In this document: piece after piece, positions 25,996-36,163 of the stretch
Position numbering within the stretch: position 1 is the first letter of the stretch
Layout: each line of letters begins with the position of its first letter
Assembly (NCBI GenBank): GCA_041665085.1
Contig: JBAYJO010000002.1
Span: 83,413-147,412, forward strand
DNA: 64,000 nucleotides
Reading direction: 5' to 3'
Origin: Patescibacteria group bacterium
GTDB taxonomy: Bacteria > Patescibacteriota > UBA1384 > JBAYJO01
Notes under the pieces: generated by a model
The model's database searches: none
The model's input: only the letters and a program-made list of their open reading frames with translations
Told to the model about the DNA's origin: nothing
Made by a program: the position numbers and the translations under genes

Positions 25996-27042
25996 TTAAT
26001 TGAATTTATAAAGATAATTATTTGAAAGAAAATAAATCAAATTATTGCTGTCCAGCAGGATAGTGGTTGGATCTAAATTTTCTCCTATAAATTGTTTTTG
26101 TTCAATTGTGTTGGTCTTGGTGTCGGCGATAAATATATTATCCTCTGAAGTGACCTTATTATTTAAGCTATAATAAAGTTTATCGCTAATTAGATTAAAT
26201 TTATCTAGATTTTGGTTGTTTGTAATATTGTTGATTTTAAAGATTGATCCGTCGGTTGTATTGATTATTTCAAAAATATTATTATCTTCTTTTTTATACT
26301 GAATCAATATTTTTTGTTCTGACGGGTATATTTTTTCAGTTATAAAAACATTTTCATAAAGAATATCCTTTTTTTTACTTTTCAGGTTTAATCTTACAAA
26401 GTCAACTAACATATCTTCTTTGACGTTTTCACAATAAATATCTTGAGTATCGGGGTTGTAATATTTGAATTCATCACAATTTTCCGGGTCGCTGATTTTT
26501 TGAAAGTTAGTTCCGTCCCAATCAGATTGGTTAATAGATACTTTACTAACATCTAAATATTCATAAATTAATTTATCGTCTGACCAGTAAGGATCGAAAA
26601 TATTTTCATTTAATTTACTAAGCTTTTCCTGTTCTAAATTGTAAGTATAAAAAATTTCAAGATTATTTATCTGATCAGTAGTGTTCATTAAAATGAGTTT
26701 TTTGTCATTTGACCAACTAACATAATTAATATAAGGAACATCTATAGGATAATTCTTAATGGTTGTTTTGTCTTTTAAAGAATATTTAATAATTGCTTGT
26801 TCCTTTCCAGCGATATATAATAGTTCCGAATTTTCATTTATAGTGGGAAAAAATATAGTATCATTTAAAATTTGTTTAGCATTTGTAGTTTTTGTTGAAT
26901 TAGTATTATTGTTATTTTTGTTTTTATTTAGAAGTAAAAACATAATTAAAAGTCCAAAAAATAAGATTATGATTGTGATAATTAATATTATTTTTTTTCG
27001 ATTATTTAACATGTTTTCCTTTCTATTAAGGGCAGACAGCAC
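25996..27042 (-). CDS. N-terminally anchored beta-propeller-like protein (hypothetical)
   Basis: TM helix, an Asn/Thr-rich linker, and a repetitive beta-rich region. Overlaps the upstream gene by 17 nt. Confidence 0.45.
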   Translation of the reverse strand: MLSALNRKENMLNNRKKIILIITIIILFFGLLIMFLLLNKNKNNNNTNSTKTTNAKQILNDTIFFPTINENSELLYIAGKEQAIIKYSLKDKTTIKNYPIDVPYINYVSWSNDKKLILMNTTDQINNLEIFYTYNLEQEKLSKLNENIFDPYWSDDKLIYEYLDVSKVSINQSDWDGTNFQKISDPENCDEFKYYNPDTQDIYCENVKEDMLVDFVRLNLKSKKKDILYENVFITEKIYPSEQKILIQYKKEDNNIFEIINTTDGSIFKINNITNNQNLDKFNLISDKLYYSLNNKVTSEDNIFIADTKTNTIEQKQFIGENLDPTTILLDSNNLIYFLSNNYLYKFN

Positions 27043-28207
27043 CTTTGCTTTTTAAATAATAAATATGACTACCAAGAAAAGCAGAAGGATTTAATAAAGA
27101 TGCAATTGGGTAGATTGGATTGCGATTCATGGGATCAGCTAAAATAAAATTTGTATTATCCGGACTAACTCCTATTATTAGCACTCTATGCGCGCTACTT
27201 GTAAACGATTTTCTTCCTGGAATGTTGGCTGTTGTGTTTGCTCCAATGACTACTGGGATTTGTTGGTTTAAATAACATTTTATTTTTTCTAGTGTCGGCG
27301 GGCGTTTAGCAGAACCAAGTGGTACATATTTTATTTTTCCAGACAATTCTGTTGGTGTTGAGGTTGGAAGTCCCCATGACATATTATTGCCTCCCGGTGT
27401 GTATAAATCCCAAACTGTATCAGGAATAATGATTTGTTTCTGCATGGCATAATTTACTGCCATGCAAACCGAAGTGACAGCGCATCCAACTCTTCGAACC
27501 AAAGGATTGCTTGCCTCTGTTTGATATAGTCTGTAAGGATTAAAATTAGCAAGGCTTCCAGCAATAATATTTTCGATTTCATAGAAATATTGGTATGCTT
27601 CTATTACTCTCCCAACATAAGGCCTTGTTTCTTTGAATGTTTGGCCAACAGACCATGGTTTGCCCGAATTGTATCTTGAGGCTGCATCGCGTAATTTATC
27701 TAAATCAGTTGTATTTCCACCCGCACCATTCATAGCGCATAGATGTGCGGCAGCGAAGGCCGAATCCCAGATATTTTGTATTTCCATTCGTCCATCACCG
27801 TTACCATCTTGTTTGTGACCTTCCCATGTTATTGGCATAAATTGAAATGGTCCGCTTGCTCCGACTGTAGATGATGCCCAAGGTCCTGTAATGTCCGGCC
27901 AAGGAATACTTGGATTAAAATGAAAATCTGAATGGCCTCCTCCATGTTCCCCACCCATGAACATCGCGGCAATAAAAGCAGGTTGTACTTTCCATTTTTC
28001 TCCTGCTGCTGAAAACACTTTCGCATATTCTTCAGGAATATTTTTGAGTCCACCCTCGGCAAACATCTCAGCGGTTTTGCCGGGATTGTCGCTTTGGTTT
28101 CCGGCAAATAGGCCAAGAGCAAACATTGCTCCGATTGCAACAAAAACTACAACAATAATTATAATTACAATTTGAATAAATCCTTGATTTTTCTTTTCGC
28201 TTTTCAT
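27026..28207 (-). CDS. Bifunctional cell-wall hydrolase: lytic transglycosylase (SLT) domain plus C-terminal CHAP/C39-like cysteine peptidase domain (VirB1/PrgK/TcpG-like)
   Basis: N-terminal TM helix. SLT motif GASGPFQFMPITW. C-terminal RVGCAVTSVCMAVNY ... HRVLIIGV suggests a Cys/His peptidase. Located immediately downstream of VirB4. Confidence 0.55.
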   Translation of the reverse strand: MKSEKKNQGFIQIVIIIIVVVFVAIGAMFALGLFAGNQSDNPGKTAEMFAEGGLKNIPEEYAKVFSAAGEKWKVQPAFIAAMFMGGEHGGGHSDFHFNPSIPWPDITGPWASSTVGASGPFQFMPITWEGHKQDGNGDGRMEIQNIWDSAFAAAHLCAMNGAGGNTTDLDKLRDAASRYNSGKPWSVGQTFKETRPYVGRVIEAYQYFYEIENIIAGSLANFNPYRLYQTEASNPLVRRVGCAVTSVCMAVNYAMQKQIIIPDTVWDLYTPGGNNMSWGLPTSTPTELSGKIKYVPLGSAKRPPTLEKIKCYLNQQIPVVIGANTTANIPGRKSFTSSAHRVLIIGVSPDNTNFILADPMNRNPIYPIASLLNPSAFLGSHIYYLKSKGAVCP

Positions 28208-30066
28208 GAGCTTGATGATGTTGTTGACTGCGAGGCGAGTTCTCTTGCCGCTAGGATTTCTTTTGGATCGGTGGTAATAAGTTGATCTTCAGTGTATGAC
28301 GCGATCATTTTAATGGCAACATGATTCATGCCGGCAAAGAAAATACCCTCTCCTACTCCTGATTCAAGGAGAAGCATTTTTTCACCCTCGGTTAGATTGA
28401 ATACTTCAACGACTTTATCAATTGCTGAAGTGGATTGCTTAAGAAGGATCTGCATTGCCGCATTAGAGATAACACTTCTACCGTATTTTGAATCCAAAAA
28501 ATCTTCAACATCTTGACTGATAATACTGACTCCAAGATAATATTTTCTTGCTCTTTTAACGAGCGAGTAAAGGAATTTTGCCGAGTCTTCATATTGCATC
28601 ATCCACCATGCCTCATCAATAATTAGCAGTCTTCTTTTTAATTTAAATCTGATTTGACTCCAAATGTAAGTTAAAATCATATACATTCCAATTGGACGAA
28701 GTTCATCTTCAAGATCTCGAACCGAGAAACAAACGAATTTATTGCTTAAATCAAAATTGGTTGGTTTGGTAAATAGTCCGGCAAAACTTCCTTCGGTGTA
28801 TTTTTGCAATTTCTTAACCATATTTTCTGCGCCGTTCATATTGGTTAAAATGCTTTGAAGATCTGTTATTAATGGTGCGGGGTTTTTTTGACTTTCCGGG
28901 TCGATGGTAATATCTTTTAAGGCATAAGTTTCATATAAAGCCTTATCCATAATGCCGTCTTCTTCAGGTGTTAATCCTTGCAACATCAAACCAAGAAGGC
29001 CATGTAAGGTTGCGATAGTTGTTCTTAAGTTGTCTTCACCTGATTCACCATCCATAACTGCCGGAAGATCAAACGGGTTAATTCTGGTATCAGAGTTAAG
29101 TGAAAGGTTTAGATAACTTCCACCAACTGCTTCGCAAAGTTGTTTGTATTCATTTTCAGGGTCGATAATAATTACATCAGTATCAAGCATCAGATATCTG
29201 ACAGCTTCGAGCTTGATTGTGTAAGATTTACCGGCACCGGTAGTAGCGAAAATTACAGAGTTAGCGTTTTCTAAATTAAATCTATCAAATAAGACCAGTG
29301 AATTATTATGTCTGTTTAGTCCGTATAATATTCCTTCATTTGAGGTTAAAGTGGCGGAAGTGAATGGGAATGTGGTTGAAAGCGATCCCGTATCAAGATT
29401 TCTAGCTACATTTAATTGATCATGGAAAAGTGGAAGAGTAGCGGTAAAGCCTTGTTCCATCTGAAGAAGAGCCTGTTTTGTATAAATCAGCATTCCGCCA
29501 AGGGTTGATTCAAGCTGTTTTGAAACAGTATCAAGATCTTTGACCGAATCGGCATAAATTGTAAAATAAAGGGCAAATTGGAAAAGTCTGACCTCTCCTC
29601 TTTGCAGGACATCTCGCAATTCTTCAATATCTGAAATTGCGGTTTGGAGTTCAGGGTCTCGGATAATTCCTTTTTCCCGTTGGATTGATTCAGTTGATTC
29701 CAGCTGTGTAGCTTTTCTTCTTAAATTATTCATAACTTCATTAGATTTCAAAGGCATAATATTCATAGCGATATCTAAAGTTACATCGAAATCAATAATT
29801 GGTGAGATCCAATTAGTTTGAATGTAGCGCGGATAAGTGAAAACAAATAATGTGCGAGCAAATTTGTTGCCTATTTGAACATAATTTGGCTTGACCATAA
29901 AAGCAGCTGGAGCAATAAGATCAAGTACATTACTTAAACCTTGTTTGAATGTCATTTCCAGATTGCTGTTTGCTATTCCCGCGGCTTTATTTTCTTGTTT
30001 GGTGGGAGCAGGACTTTGCGGGGCAGTATTATTTTTATTTTCTATAGGATTATTTTGTGGTGGCAT
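28204..30066 (-). CDS. virB4: VirB4/TrbE/CagE-family T4SS ATPase, ATPase portion (C-terminal 620 aa of a split VirB4)
   Basis: Walker A ATTGAGKSYT, Walker B LLIIDEAW, and an FVFTYPRY region. Own SD GGAAGGAGAAA directly before the ATG. Confidence 0.75.
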   Translation of the reverse strand: MPPQNNPIENKNNTAPQSPAPTKQENKAAGIANSNLEMTFKQGLSNVLDLIAPAAFMVKPNYVQIGNKFARTLFVFTYPRYIQTNWISPIIDFDVTLDIAMNIMPLKSNEVMNNLRRKATQLESTESIQREKGIIRDPELQTAISDIEELRDVLQRGEVRLFQFALYFTIYADSVKDLDTVSKQLESTLGGMLIYTKQALLQMEQGFTATLPLFHDQLNVARNLDTGSLSTTFPFTSATLTSNEGILYGLNRHNNSLVLFDRFNLENANSVIFATTGAGKSYTIKLEAVRYLMLDTDVIIIDPENEYKQLCEAVGGSYLNLSLNSDTRINPFDLPAVMDGESGEDNLRTTIATLHGLLGLMLQGLTPEEDGIMDKALYETYALKDITIDPESQKNPAPLITDLQSILTNMNGAENMVKKLQKYTEGSFAGLFTKPTNFDLSNKFVCFSVRDLEDELRPIGMYMILTYIWSQIRFKLKRRLLIIDEAWWMMQYEDSAKFLYSLVKRARKYYLGVSIISQDVEDFLDSKYGRSVISNAAMQILLKQSTSAIDKVVEVFNLTEGEKMLLLESGVGEGIFFAGMNHVAIKMIASYTEDQLITTDPKEILAARELASQSTTSSSS

Positions 30067-30748
30067 TTTCTCCTTCCTTGGTTGAGATTAATGCACTTTC
30101 TAAAACATTAACATCAGCTAATTTTTCTTCTGATGATTCTTCAGGGTTATAAATTTCATAAAATAATTCAACTAATTCTTGGGTTGATAACATTGCAGCC
30201 CGAAGTCCAAGACTGGCAAGTCCGGAGACGATCACACCTGTTCTTTCTGTTATTAGGGATTTGTATTGCAACAGTTGTTTTTCATCAATATTAATAGTTT
30301 GCTGCGATTTGTTTCCAAAAAGACCTGAAAATAAACCTCCGCCCGGTTTATTTAAGACCGGTGGCGAGTAAGGGACAACGACGAAAAATTGTTTATCCAT
30401 AATGTTTGCGATATTGATCAGTCTTTGAACATATTCAATATAATCAGCGATCTGGATACTCATAAGTTCATTTTCTTCAGCTTCTAACTTTTTCTTTAAT
30501 TGATTGATATAAGGTGTCAAATCGAGTTTTTTTGACCTGACAATAATTTGGATAGGAAATTCAAGAGAGTTTAAAAAACCTTGATAGGAAAAGATTAAGG
30601 CATTTTGTTCTCGCTCTGATTTTAATGCAAAGTTGACCGAGCTTACCAAAAGAACAGCACGAAAATCACCTGTTTTTAAAATGACTAATTCGTCGCGAAT
30701 CTCGGCGATGTCAAGATGTTGTTGTGTGCTGGACTGTTTCTGTGCCAA
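30050..30748 (-). CDS. VirB4 N-terminal domain protein (CagE_TrbE_VirB-like), separate ORF
   Basis: DIAEIRDELVILKTGDFRAVLLVSSVNFALKSEREQNALIFSYQGFLNSLEFPIQIIV matches the VirB4/TraC N-terminal consensus. Its TAA stop lies 14 nt after the ATG of the ATPase ORF. Confidence 0.6.
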   Translation of the reverse strand: MAQKQSSTQQHLDIAEIRDELVILKTGDFRAVLLVSSVNFALKSEREQNALIFSYQGFLNSLEFPIQIIVRSKKLDLTPYINQLKKKLEAEENELMSIQIADYIEYVQRLINIANIMDKQFFVVVPYSPPVLNKPGGGLFSGLFGNKSQQTINIDEKQLLQYKSLITERTGVIVSGLASLGLRAAMLSTQELVELFYEIYNPEESSEEKLADVNVLESALISTKEGENATTK

Positions 30749-31436
30749 GATTTCCTCCAGTTAAATTATTTGGCGCAATTGGTTGGTTATTTATTGGTGT
30801 TTGCCCGGTAGGCGGGGCTTGATTTGGTAGAGGAGTAGAAGCTGTTGGTTTGGCTGATTTCATATTGGATATATCTGTTATTGGTGCAGGGGCTGACATT
30901 GTTTGTAATTCTTTTGCCTGTTTCATTTGTTCGACTTGCATTGATTCAGTTGTGTGAGGGGTTTCAACTTTTTCGAGTGATTTCCATCCCCCGCTGTCTA
31001 ATGTCTGTGCTAATTTCTGCAATTCGGATTTGCTAATTTTCTTTTTAGGTAAAGTTGGTTCAACGCGTTTTTCCTTGTGAGGAAGAATTATAGCTTCTTG
31101 CATTGAACCTTTTTGCCATACTCTTTCGCGCGGCTTGGTAATAAATGAAATTAAAGCAAGAATAAAATGTGAAAATGGTTGATCTTGAGGTTTGTAGAAA
31201 GTAAAAGCCAAGATAAGAATTGCTGTTGGTAATCCGGTCGCAATAAAAAGAGGCATTGGTAAAGTCGTTAGGAGAATATAGATAATAGAGCCTCCGATTG
31301 CAACAAAAATAAATTGCTTCAGCGTAAGAGGTCCGACAATTTTATCCTCCATATCTATGTTTTGCGGTACTCGGTATTGCACTTCCCTCCTTAGAGAATG
31401 TTTGGCTCTGCGTCTTGTCAGCAGACCTATTGTCAT
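30711..31436 (-). CDS. VirB3/PrgI-like small membrane protein with Pro/Gln-rich C-terminal tail (start uncertain)
   Basis: Two TM helices (FIFVAIGGSIIYILLTTLPMPLFIATGLPTAILILAFTF) directly upstream of VirB4. Alternative starts: GTG after SD AAGGAGG (about 31382) or ATG at 31352. Confidence 0.4.
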   Translation of the reverse strand: MTIGLLTRRRAKHSLRREVQYRVPQNIDMEDKIVGPLTLKQFIFVAIGGSIIYILLTTLPMPLFIATGLPTAILILAFTFYKPQDQPFSHFILALISFITKPRERVWQKGSMQEAIILPHKEKRVEPTLPKKKISKSELQKLAQTLDSGGWKSLEKVETPHTTESMQVEQMKQAKELQTMSAPAPITDISNMKSAKPTASTPLPNQAPPTGQTPINNQPIAPNNLTGGNLGTETVQHTTTS

Positions 31437-31503
31437 TATTAAGTATATAGCGTGAAAAATAAAAAATCAAAATTTTGAATTTTTCATATTATAAAATATT
31501 TGA

Positions 31504-31836
31504 TTAAACAGATGCGGTATTATCTTGAATCAGCTTTTGAGCTGCTTCCTTTAATTCTTGGTAAAGCTCAACTATAGCGTTTGAAAGCTTTCCTTTAAAA
31601 TCAGGAATTGTGGTTGAAATTTCTTGAATAATTTCTTCTTCGGTTTTATTTTCCATCATTTTTTCTAAATCATCGGGATTAGAGTCTGGGAGGTTAGCTA
31701 AAATAACTTCCATGGTTTTTTGAGCTACTCGTTCTCTAATAAGTTCTATTAATTCTGATTTGGTTGGATCGGCTAGATTTTCAAGTCCCAAATCTTTTAA
31801 GATTTGATCTGCTAATTCAGTTGGTTCGCTATTCAT
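31504..31836 (-). CDS. Small acidic hypothetical protein
   Basis: 110-aa Glu/Asp-rich ORF in the operon with no recognisable motifs. Confidence 0.4.
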   Translation of the reverse strand: MNSEPTELADQILKDLGLENLADPTKSELIELIRERVAQKTMEVILANLPDSNPDDLEKMMENKTEEEIIQEISTTIPDFKGKLSNAIVELYQELKEAAQKLIQDNTASV

Positions 31837-31875
31837 GGTTCCTCCGATTTATTATTTTTTTAAATATAATTAAAC

Positions 31876-33186
31876 CTATAATTTTGGAGTTTGACCTTCA
31901 AATAAGAATGTCCAAACCTGTTCAAAGGCAGTTTTTCCTCCTCCGCCGCCATATCCTTCGCCACCAGAACTATTTGTTCCAAAACCAAATTCTGATTCAT
32001 AATATGGCATACCCTGGTCAATTTGATTTTCATCACCTAATAAAGAATCGAATTGCTCTTTATTAATTCCGGCCAGTTTTTTAAATTTATAAAAACAGGC
32101 TTCGTGTGAGTCTAAATAACTGTTAATCTTTCCGGTCTGATCTAGTGAGGCACTTGCTTTAAAAGATTGGTATTTTTGTTCATTGGTAATTTCTTGGTTT
32201 GCTAAAAGTTCTTGAAGTTGGGGTATAAGTTCAGGAGCAACATTTCCTGCTTCAAATTGTGTAATAATTGCATCACTTTCTTTGCAATTTATTTTAGAGA
32301 GAAATTTTGACCAATAATCGGATTTTGTGCCGTCGCTAGCTAAATAGCAAGCTAATCTATCTGTAATAAGTTCTTCGGCTATTTGTTTAAGCTGATGATT
32401 TTGAAATTGTTCATAACTGTCCGGTTTGGTTATTCCTTTGGCTAAATATTTCTCATATAATAATTCCATTTGAGTTTTACCCTCGTCGTTTTTTTCACCC
32501 GAAAATCGACTGATTAGACCTTGAATATGATAAGTTTCACCTGATGCGGCTTTGGGGTCTTGAAGTCCGGCTCGAATTGTTTCAAGAGAGTAAGCGAATT
32601 CTGGAGGTAAACTTGAGGAATCAATTGTTTCACCTGAATTTAGATTTGCTGCATGATCTAGATATTGTGTTAACTCATTTGATTCATAAATCATTCCACT
32701 ATGAATAAGACCATGAGATATTTCGTGTTGGAGAGTGTATTCTGTATCTATATTTTCAATTGTACTTGTGCCATTGAAAAATTCCGGTGAGATATAAAGT
32801 GTTTCTTGATCAAAACACATTATCGGATCATTTGGATCTCCTTCGTAAAGATCTGTTGATAGTATCACTTTAGAAATAACTGTTTCTGTGATTTCTTGAG
32901 CTAGTTCAGGATTTACAATATGTCTTTCGGCAAGTCCTTTTGTAATTTGATTATATAATTCTTGAAACTTTTTTTTATAAGATTCTCTTTTAGTTCTTTC
33001 TTCATCCGTTAATTTTTCATCAGTTTCCCCAAACAATAATTCTTGATTTGTTGTTGTTGGGGCTTGTTCGTCTTGCTCGGTTTGCTGACCTGATGGATTT
33101 GGAGGCGCAAAAACTGAACCCGCTGTTTGAGTTGGCTCGGTTTGAGATTGAGGTGTTTCTGTTTCTGTTTCAGGAAGATCAAACAT
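31876..33186 (-). CDS. Hypothetical protein with HExxH zinc-metallopeptidase-like motif and low-complexity termini
   Basis: HEISH within TLQHEISHGLIHSGM. The N-terminus is Q/T/E-rich and the C-terminus is Gly-rich (GGEGYGGGGGK). Confidence 0.4.
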   Translation of the reverse strand: MFDLPETETETPQSQTEPTQTAGSVFAPPNPSGQQTEQDEQAPTTTNQELLFGETDEKLTDEERTKRESYKKKFQELYNQITKGLAERHIVNPELAQEITETVISKVILSTDLYEGDPNDPIMCFDQETLYISPEFFNGTSTIENIDTEYTLQHEISHGLIHSGMIYESNELTQYLDHAANLNSGETIDSSSLPPEFAYSLETIRAGLQDPKAASGETYHIQGLISRFSGEKNDEGKTQMELLYEKYLAKGITKPDSYEQFQNHQLKQIAEELITDRLACYLASDGTKSDYWSKFLSKINCKESDAIITQFEAGNVAPELIPQLQELLANQEITNEQKYQSFKASASLDQTGKINSYLDSHEACFYKFKKLAGINKEQFDSLLGDENQIDQGMPYYESEFGFGTNSSGGEGYGGGGGKTAFEQVWTFLFEGQTPKL

Positions 33187-33188
33187 AG

Positions 33189-36161
33189 CTATATAGTTCC
33201 ATTAGTTGGAGGAGGAGTTGGTTCTGATGGTGGAGGTGTCTGTTGTTCTTGGACTGGTGGAGTCGGTGCTTGTTCGGCTGGTGGTGCGGATTCTGTGTGT
33301 GGTGCCCCTGTTGGGGTTTGACCGGTGTTTTCTGCAGCAGCTTCCGTATTTATTGTAACGGCTGGGGCAGTATTTGGTGAATTTTTTGGCGTACTCTGAT
33401 TAACTCCTTGCTTAACAGCTTGACTGAAAACTCTTTTAAATTTACGGCTGGTTAGAACTGAACCTAGTTCGGCAGCAGAGCTAATAGGTTTTATGCTTGT
33501 TTGAGATGCAGCGGTTTTAAAGGCTGATTGAAGCATAGGTTTTAGGTTGTTTATGTTTTTTAAATTTTCTCCCATACCTTCAATACTTGAAGCGATTTTT
33601 TCGAGTGGTCCGGTTAGTTTTTCTTCAAGTCCTTCAAAACTGCCGTTTGATGTAGCTAAGTGTTGTTGAGTAATTGATTCGGCTTGTTTGGCGGCGTAAC
33701 CTTGTCTGTAAATTGACCGGTGATTTGCTTTTTGAAGGCTTTCTATGACCGGTAAACTTGTTTCACTAAATTCCGGTTTTTGAAATTCTTTATAAATATC
33801 CTCGCTTTTTAAGGTTTCCATTCCTTTGATAACATGCTGAATATTTCTTTTCATGGTTTCTTCATCAGGCGAGGCTTCTGCTATTGCAGGAGAAATATTC
33901 TTTAGCTCTGCGTGACGAATTTCAAAAGAACGGTTGCTTGATCCGATCTCTTCCATCTGATCCTGCACCTTGCTTAGTGTTTCTTCATTAATTTCTGTAC
34001 CGTTTAATTTAAGTTGCCTTGCAACTCCCAGCGCTTCGATACCGGCTGTTTTTTCGGTTGATTCATAAATATGGTCGGCAAATTTTTCCAGATATTTATT
34101 TTCTCTAGCCCTTTGTCCTTTGGCCGATCCTTCAAGTTCAGTCCATTGGGTGGTTGTGATATTGCGGTTTCCTCCGTATTTCGATGAGATATCTTGATAA
34201 GTGGCGCCAGAGTTTATTTCATCTAAAACCGCACTCGCGTCAACTGATTCACCTAAAATACCTTTAACTTTATCTTGATCAGCGCCCATTGAAACATCGT
34301 CATTAGTTTTTTCAGTCATGCGGTCTGTTCTTGATTGGTCGATTTCTTGTAATTTAGAAATTTCATCGGCTGTAAGATTTTGTCCGTCTTGTTTAACAAT
34401 AATTGCTCCTGCTTTTAAACCTGCCAAAGCTTTATCTGTGTCGACATCGTTGCCTAGAATTTTTTTTATTGCCGATTCTTCTTTTTGGCTTATAGCATTT
34501 TCGAGTTCATTTGCCATATCGTCAAAAGTTCGTCCGCTACCTGTTCCAGCAGCAAAAGCCGGGATAGGGCGTCCACCTCCGCCGCCAGCGCCTGCTGCAG
34601 CTTTAGCAGCAGCTGTTCTAGCCTCTTTTAATAAGTCGGCGGCTCCTTTCTTTCCTCCTGATGATCTAGTAAGTTGTATCCATCTGTTAAATTGTTGAAC
34701 TAAATCTGCTCTTTCTTCAAGTCCAAGTGCATCGAGCCCTTCTATACCGGTTTTTTTTGATGAAATTTTTGCAGGGCTTAAGGTTAGCATTTCTGTTAAC
34801 TGTTTATCTTCCAAGGTAATTCCTTTTGCGGCTAAATCAGCTTGAGTTTTATTGAATTTATCCCATACAATTTTAGGATCGTTTACAAAGCCGTTGATCT
34901 CGCCTTTTTCTTTGAGATATGCCATATAGCTTGGTTTTGATCCGGCCAGTCCACCAAAAATTCGGCCTTTTTTAGCATCTGATATTCTGGCTTTTTCTGC
35001 ATCTTCAGTTCTCATTTTCCAAGCATCTTTTGCGCCATAGAAATTTGTATTTTTAAAACCTTTTCCTACCGTGTTTTTAATCCATGCTTTTGCTCCTCTG
35101 TCAGTATCTTTGGCTTTAATGCCTGATCCTTTACTCCAAACTGATCCATAGGCTTTGCTTGCTAGTCCTCCGCCTTGTTTAAGAAGCCCGGACCAAGCTC
35201 CCATAACTCCGCCTCCCATGCTCAAAGGTATTTTTGCCGAGTAATATAAAGCGCCAATTAAGATTAAATATCTCATTAAAGCCATTCCTTGGCTTGGAGT
35301 GGCTCCTCCGCCTAAAGCATCAGCAATTGTAACGCCTATCCATATGACGAAGAAAGTTATGCAAGGCATAAATGTCCATTTAAAATACAAGTCCCACCAT
35401 TGCTTGAAATATTTCTCTGTAATTGGAAATCCAACCGAGAAGAATGCAATTGGTGAAGCGATAGTTAAAGCTATAACAACAAAATATCTGATATAGAAAA
35501 GTAAAATCAAAGCCCAGAAAAATAAAATTGGGGCAAAAAGCAAGAGTACTAGAAGAATAAATGCTCCGCATCCACCAATAAATATCCACGAAACAACAAT
35601 GCCGATTATGCCCAAACTAGCTACTCCGGAATTTGTCCATAAGCTCATACTTTCAATAGTTCCGATTCCAAGTTGTTCATAGACTTTCTCAAGCAAACCT
35701 CCTGATCCTGAACCCACGGCGGTTGCCGAACCCATTGTTAATAACCAATTTGAAAAAACAGCAGATGCTTCAAGAAGAAGTCGGCAGACTAAAAGTGAAA
35801 AGTTGGCTAAAATTGCGCCCAAAATAAGTGATGGCAGAATCTTTTTAATAGAATATGTGTCAATATTGAATCTTAAGACATTGGCTGTACCGGTAAAAAG
35901 TATAAAAATTACAAACAGTGAGTTTGACATGGCAAGTAATACTTTCCATGCACTCATAACTCCGCTTTCTACAATAGTGTCGGAAAGTTGTTTAAAATCA
36001 GGGTCAGCAGCATAGACATTTTTTATGATTGGCAGATTGTGTAATGGATTTAAAAGAGTATCAAAATCGATTTGATACAAATTTTTAAATACTATAATAC
36101 CGACAAAAATAGAAATAATTGCTGACAAGCCGATTTTTAAATAATTAAGCTTTTTTTCCAT
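33189..36161 (-). CDS. VirB6/TrbL-like polytopic membrane protein with about 650-aa hydrophilic C-terminal extension and Pro-rich tail
   Basis: At least 7 TM helices in the first 330 aa. A long K/A/G/E-rich C-terminal region ends in PTPPVQEQQTPPPSEPTPPPT. Confidence 0.5.
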   Translation of the reverse strand: MEKKLNYLKIGLSAIISIFVGIIVFKNLYQIDFDTLLNPLHNLPIIKNVYAADPDFKQLSDTIVESGVMSAWKVLLAMSNSLFVIFILFTGTANVLRFNIDTYSIKKILPSLILGAILANFSLLVCRLLLEASAVFSNWLLTMGSATAVGSGSGGLLEKVYEQLGIGTIESMSLWTNSGVASLGIIGIVVSWIFIGGCGAFILLVLLLFAPILFFWALILLFYIRYFVVIALTIASPIAFFSVGFPITEKYFKQWWDLYFKWTFMPCITFFVIWIGVTIADALGGGATPSQGMALMRYLILIGALYYSAKIPLSMGGGVMGAWSGLLKQGGGLASKAYGSVWSKGSGIKAKDTDRGAKAWIKNTVGKGFKNTNFYGAKDAWKMRTEDAEKARISDAKKGRIFGGLAGSKPSYMAYLKEKGEINGFVNDPKIVWDKFNKTQADLAAKGITLEDKQLTEMLTLSPAKISSKKTGIEGLDALGLEERADLVQQFNRWIQLTRSSGGKKGAADLLKEARTAAAKAAAGAGGGGGRPIPAFAAGTGSGRTFDDMANELENAISQKEESAIKKILGNDVDTDKALAGLKAGAIIVKQDGQNLTADEISKLQEIDQSRTDRMTEKTNDDVSMGADQDKVKGILGESVDASAVLDEINSGATYQDISSKYGGNRNITTTQWTELEGSAKGQRARENKYLEKFADHIYESTEKTAGIEALGVARQLKLNGTEINEETLSKVQDQMEEIGSSNRSFEIRHAELKNISPAIAEASPDEETMKRNIQHVIKGMETLKSEDIYKEFQKPEFSETSLPVIESLQKANHRSIYRQGYAAKQAESITQQHLATSNGSFEGLEEKLTGPLEKIASSIEGMGENLKNINNLKPMLQSAFKTAASQTSIKPISSAAELGSVLTSRKFKRVFSQAVKQGVNQSTPKNSPNTAPAVTINTEAAAENTGQTPTGAPHTESAPPAEQAPTPPVQEQQTPPPSEPTPPPTNGTI

Positions 36162-36163
36162 AT

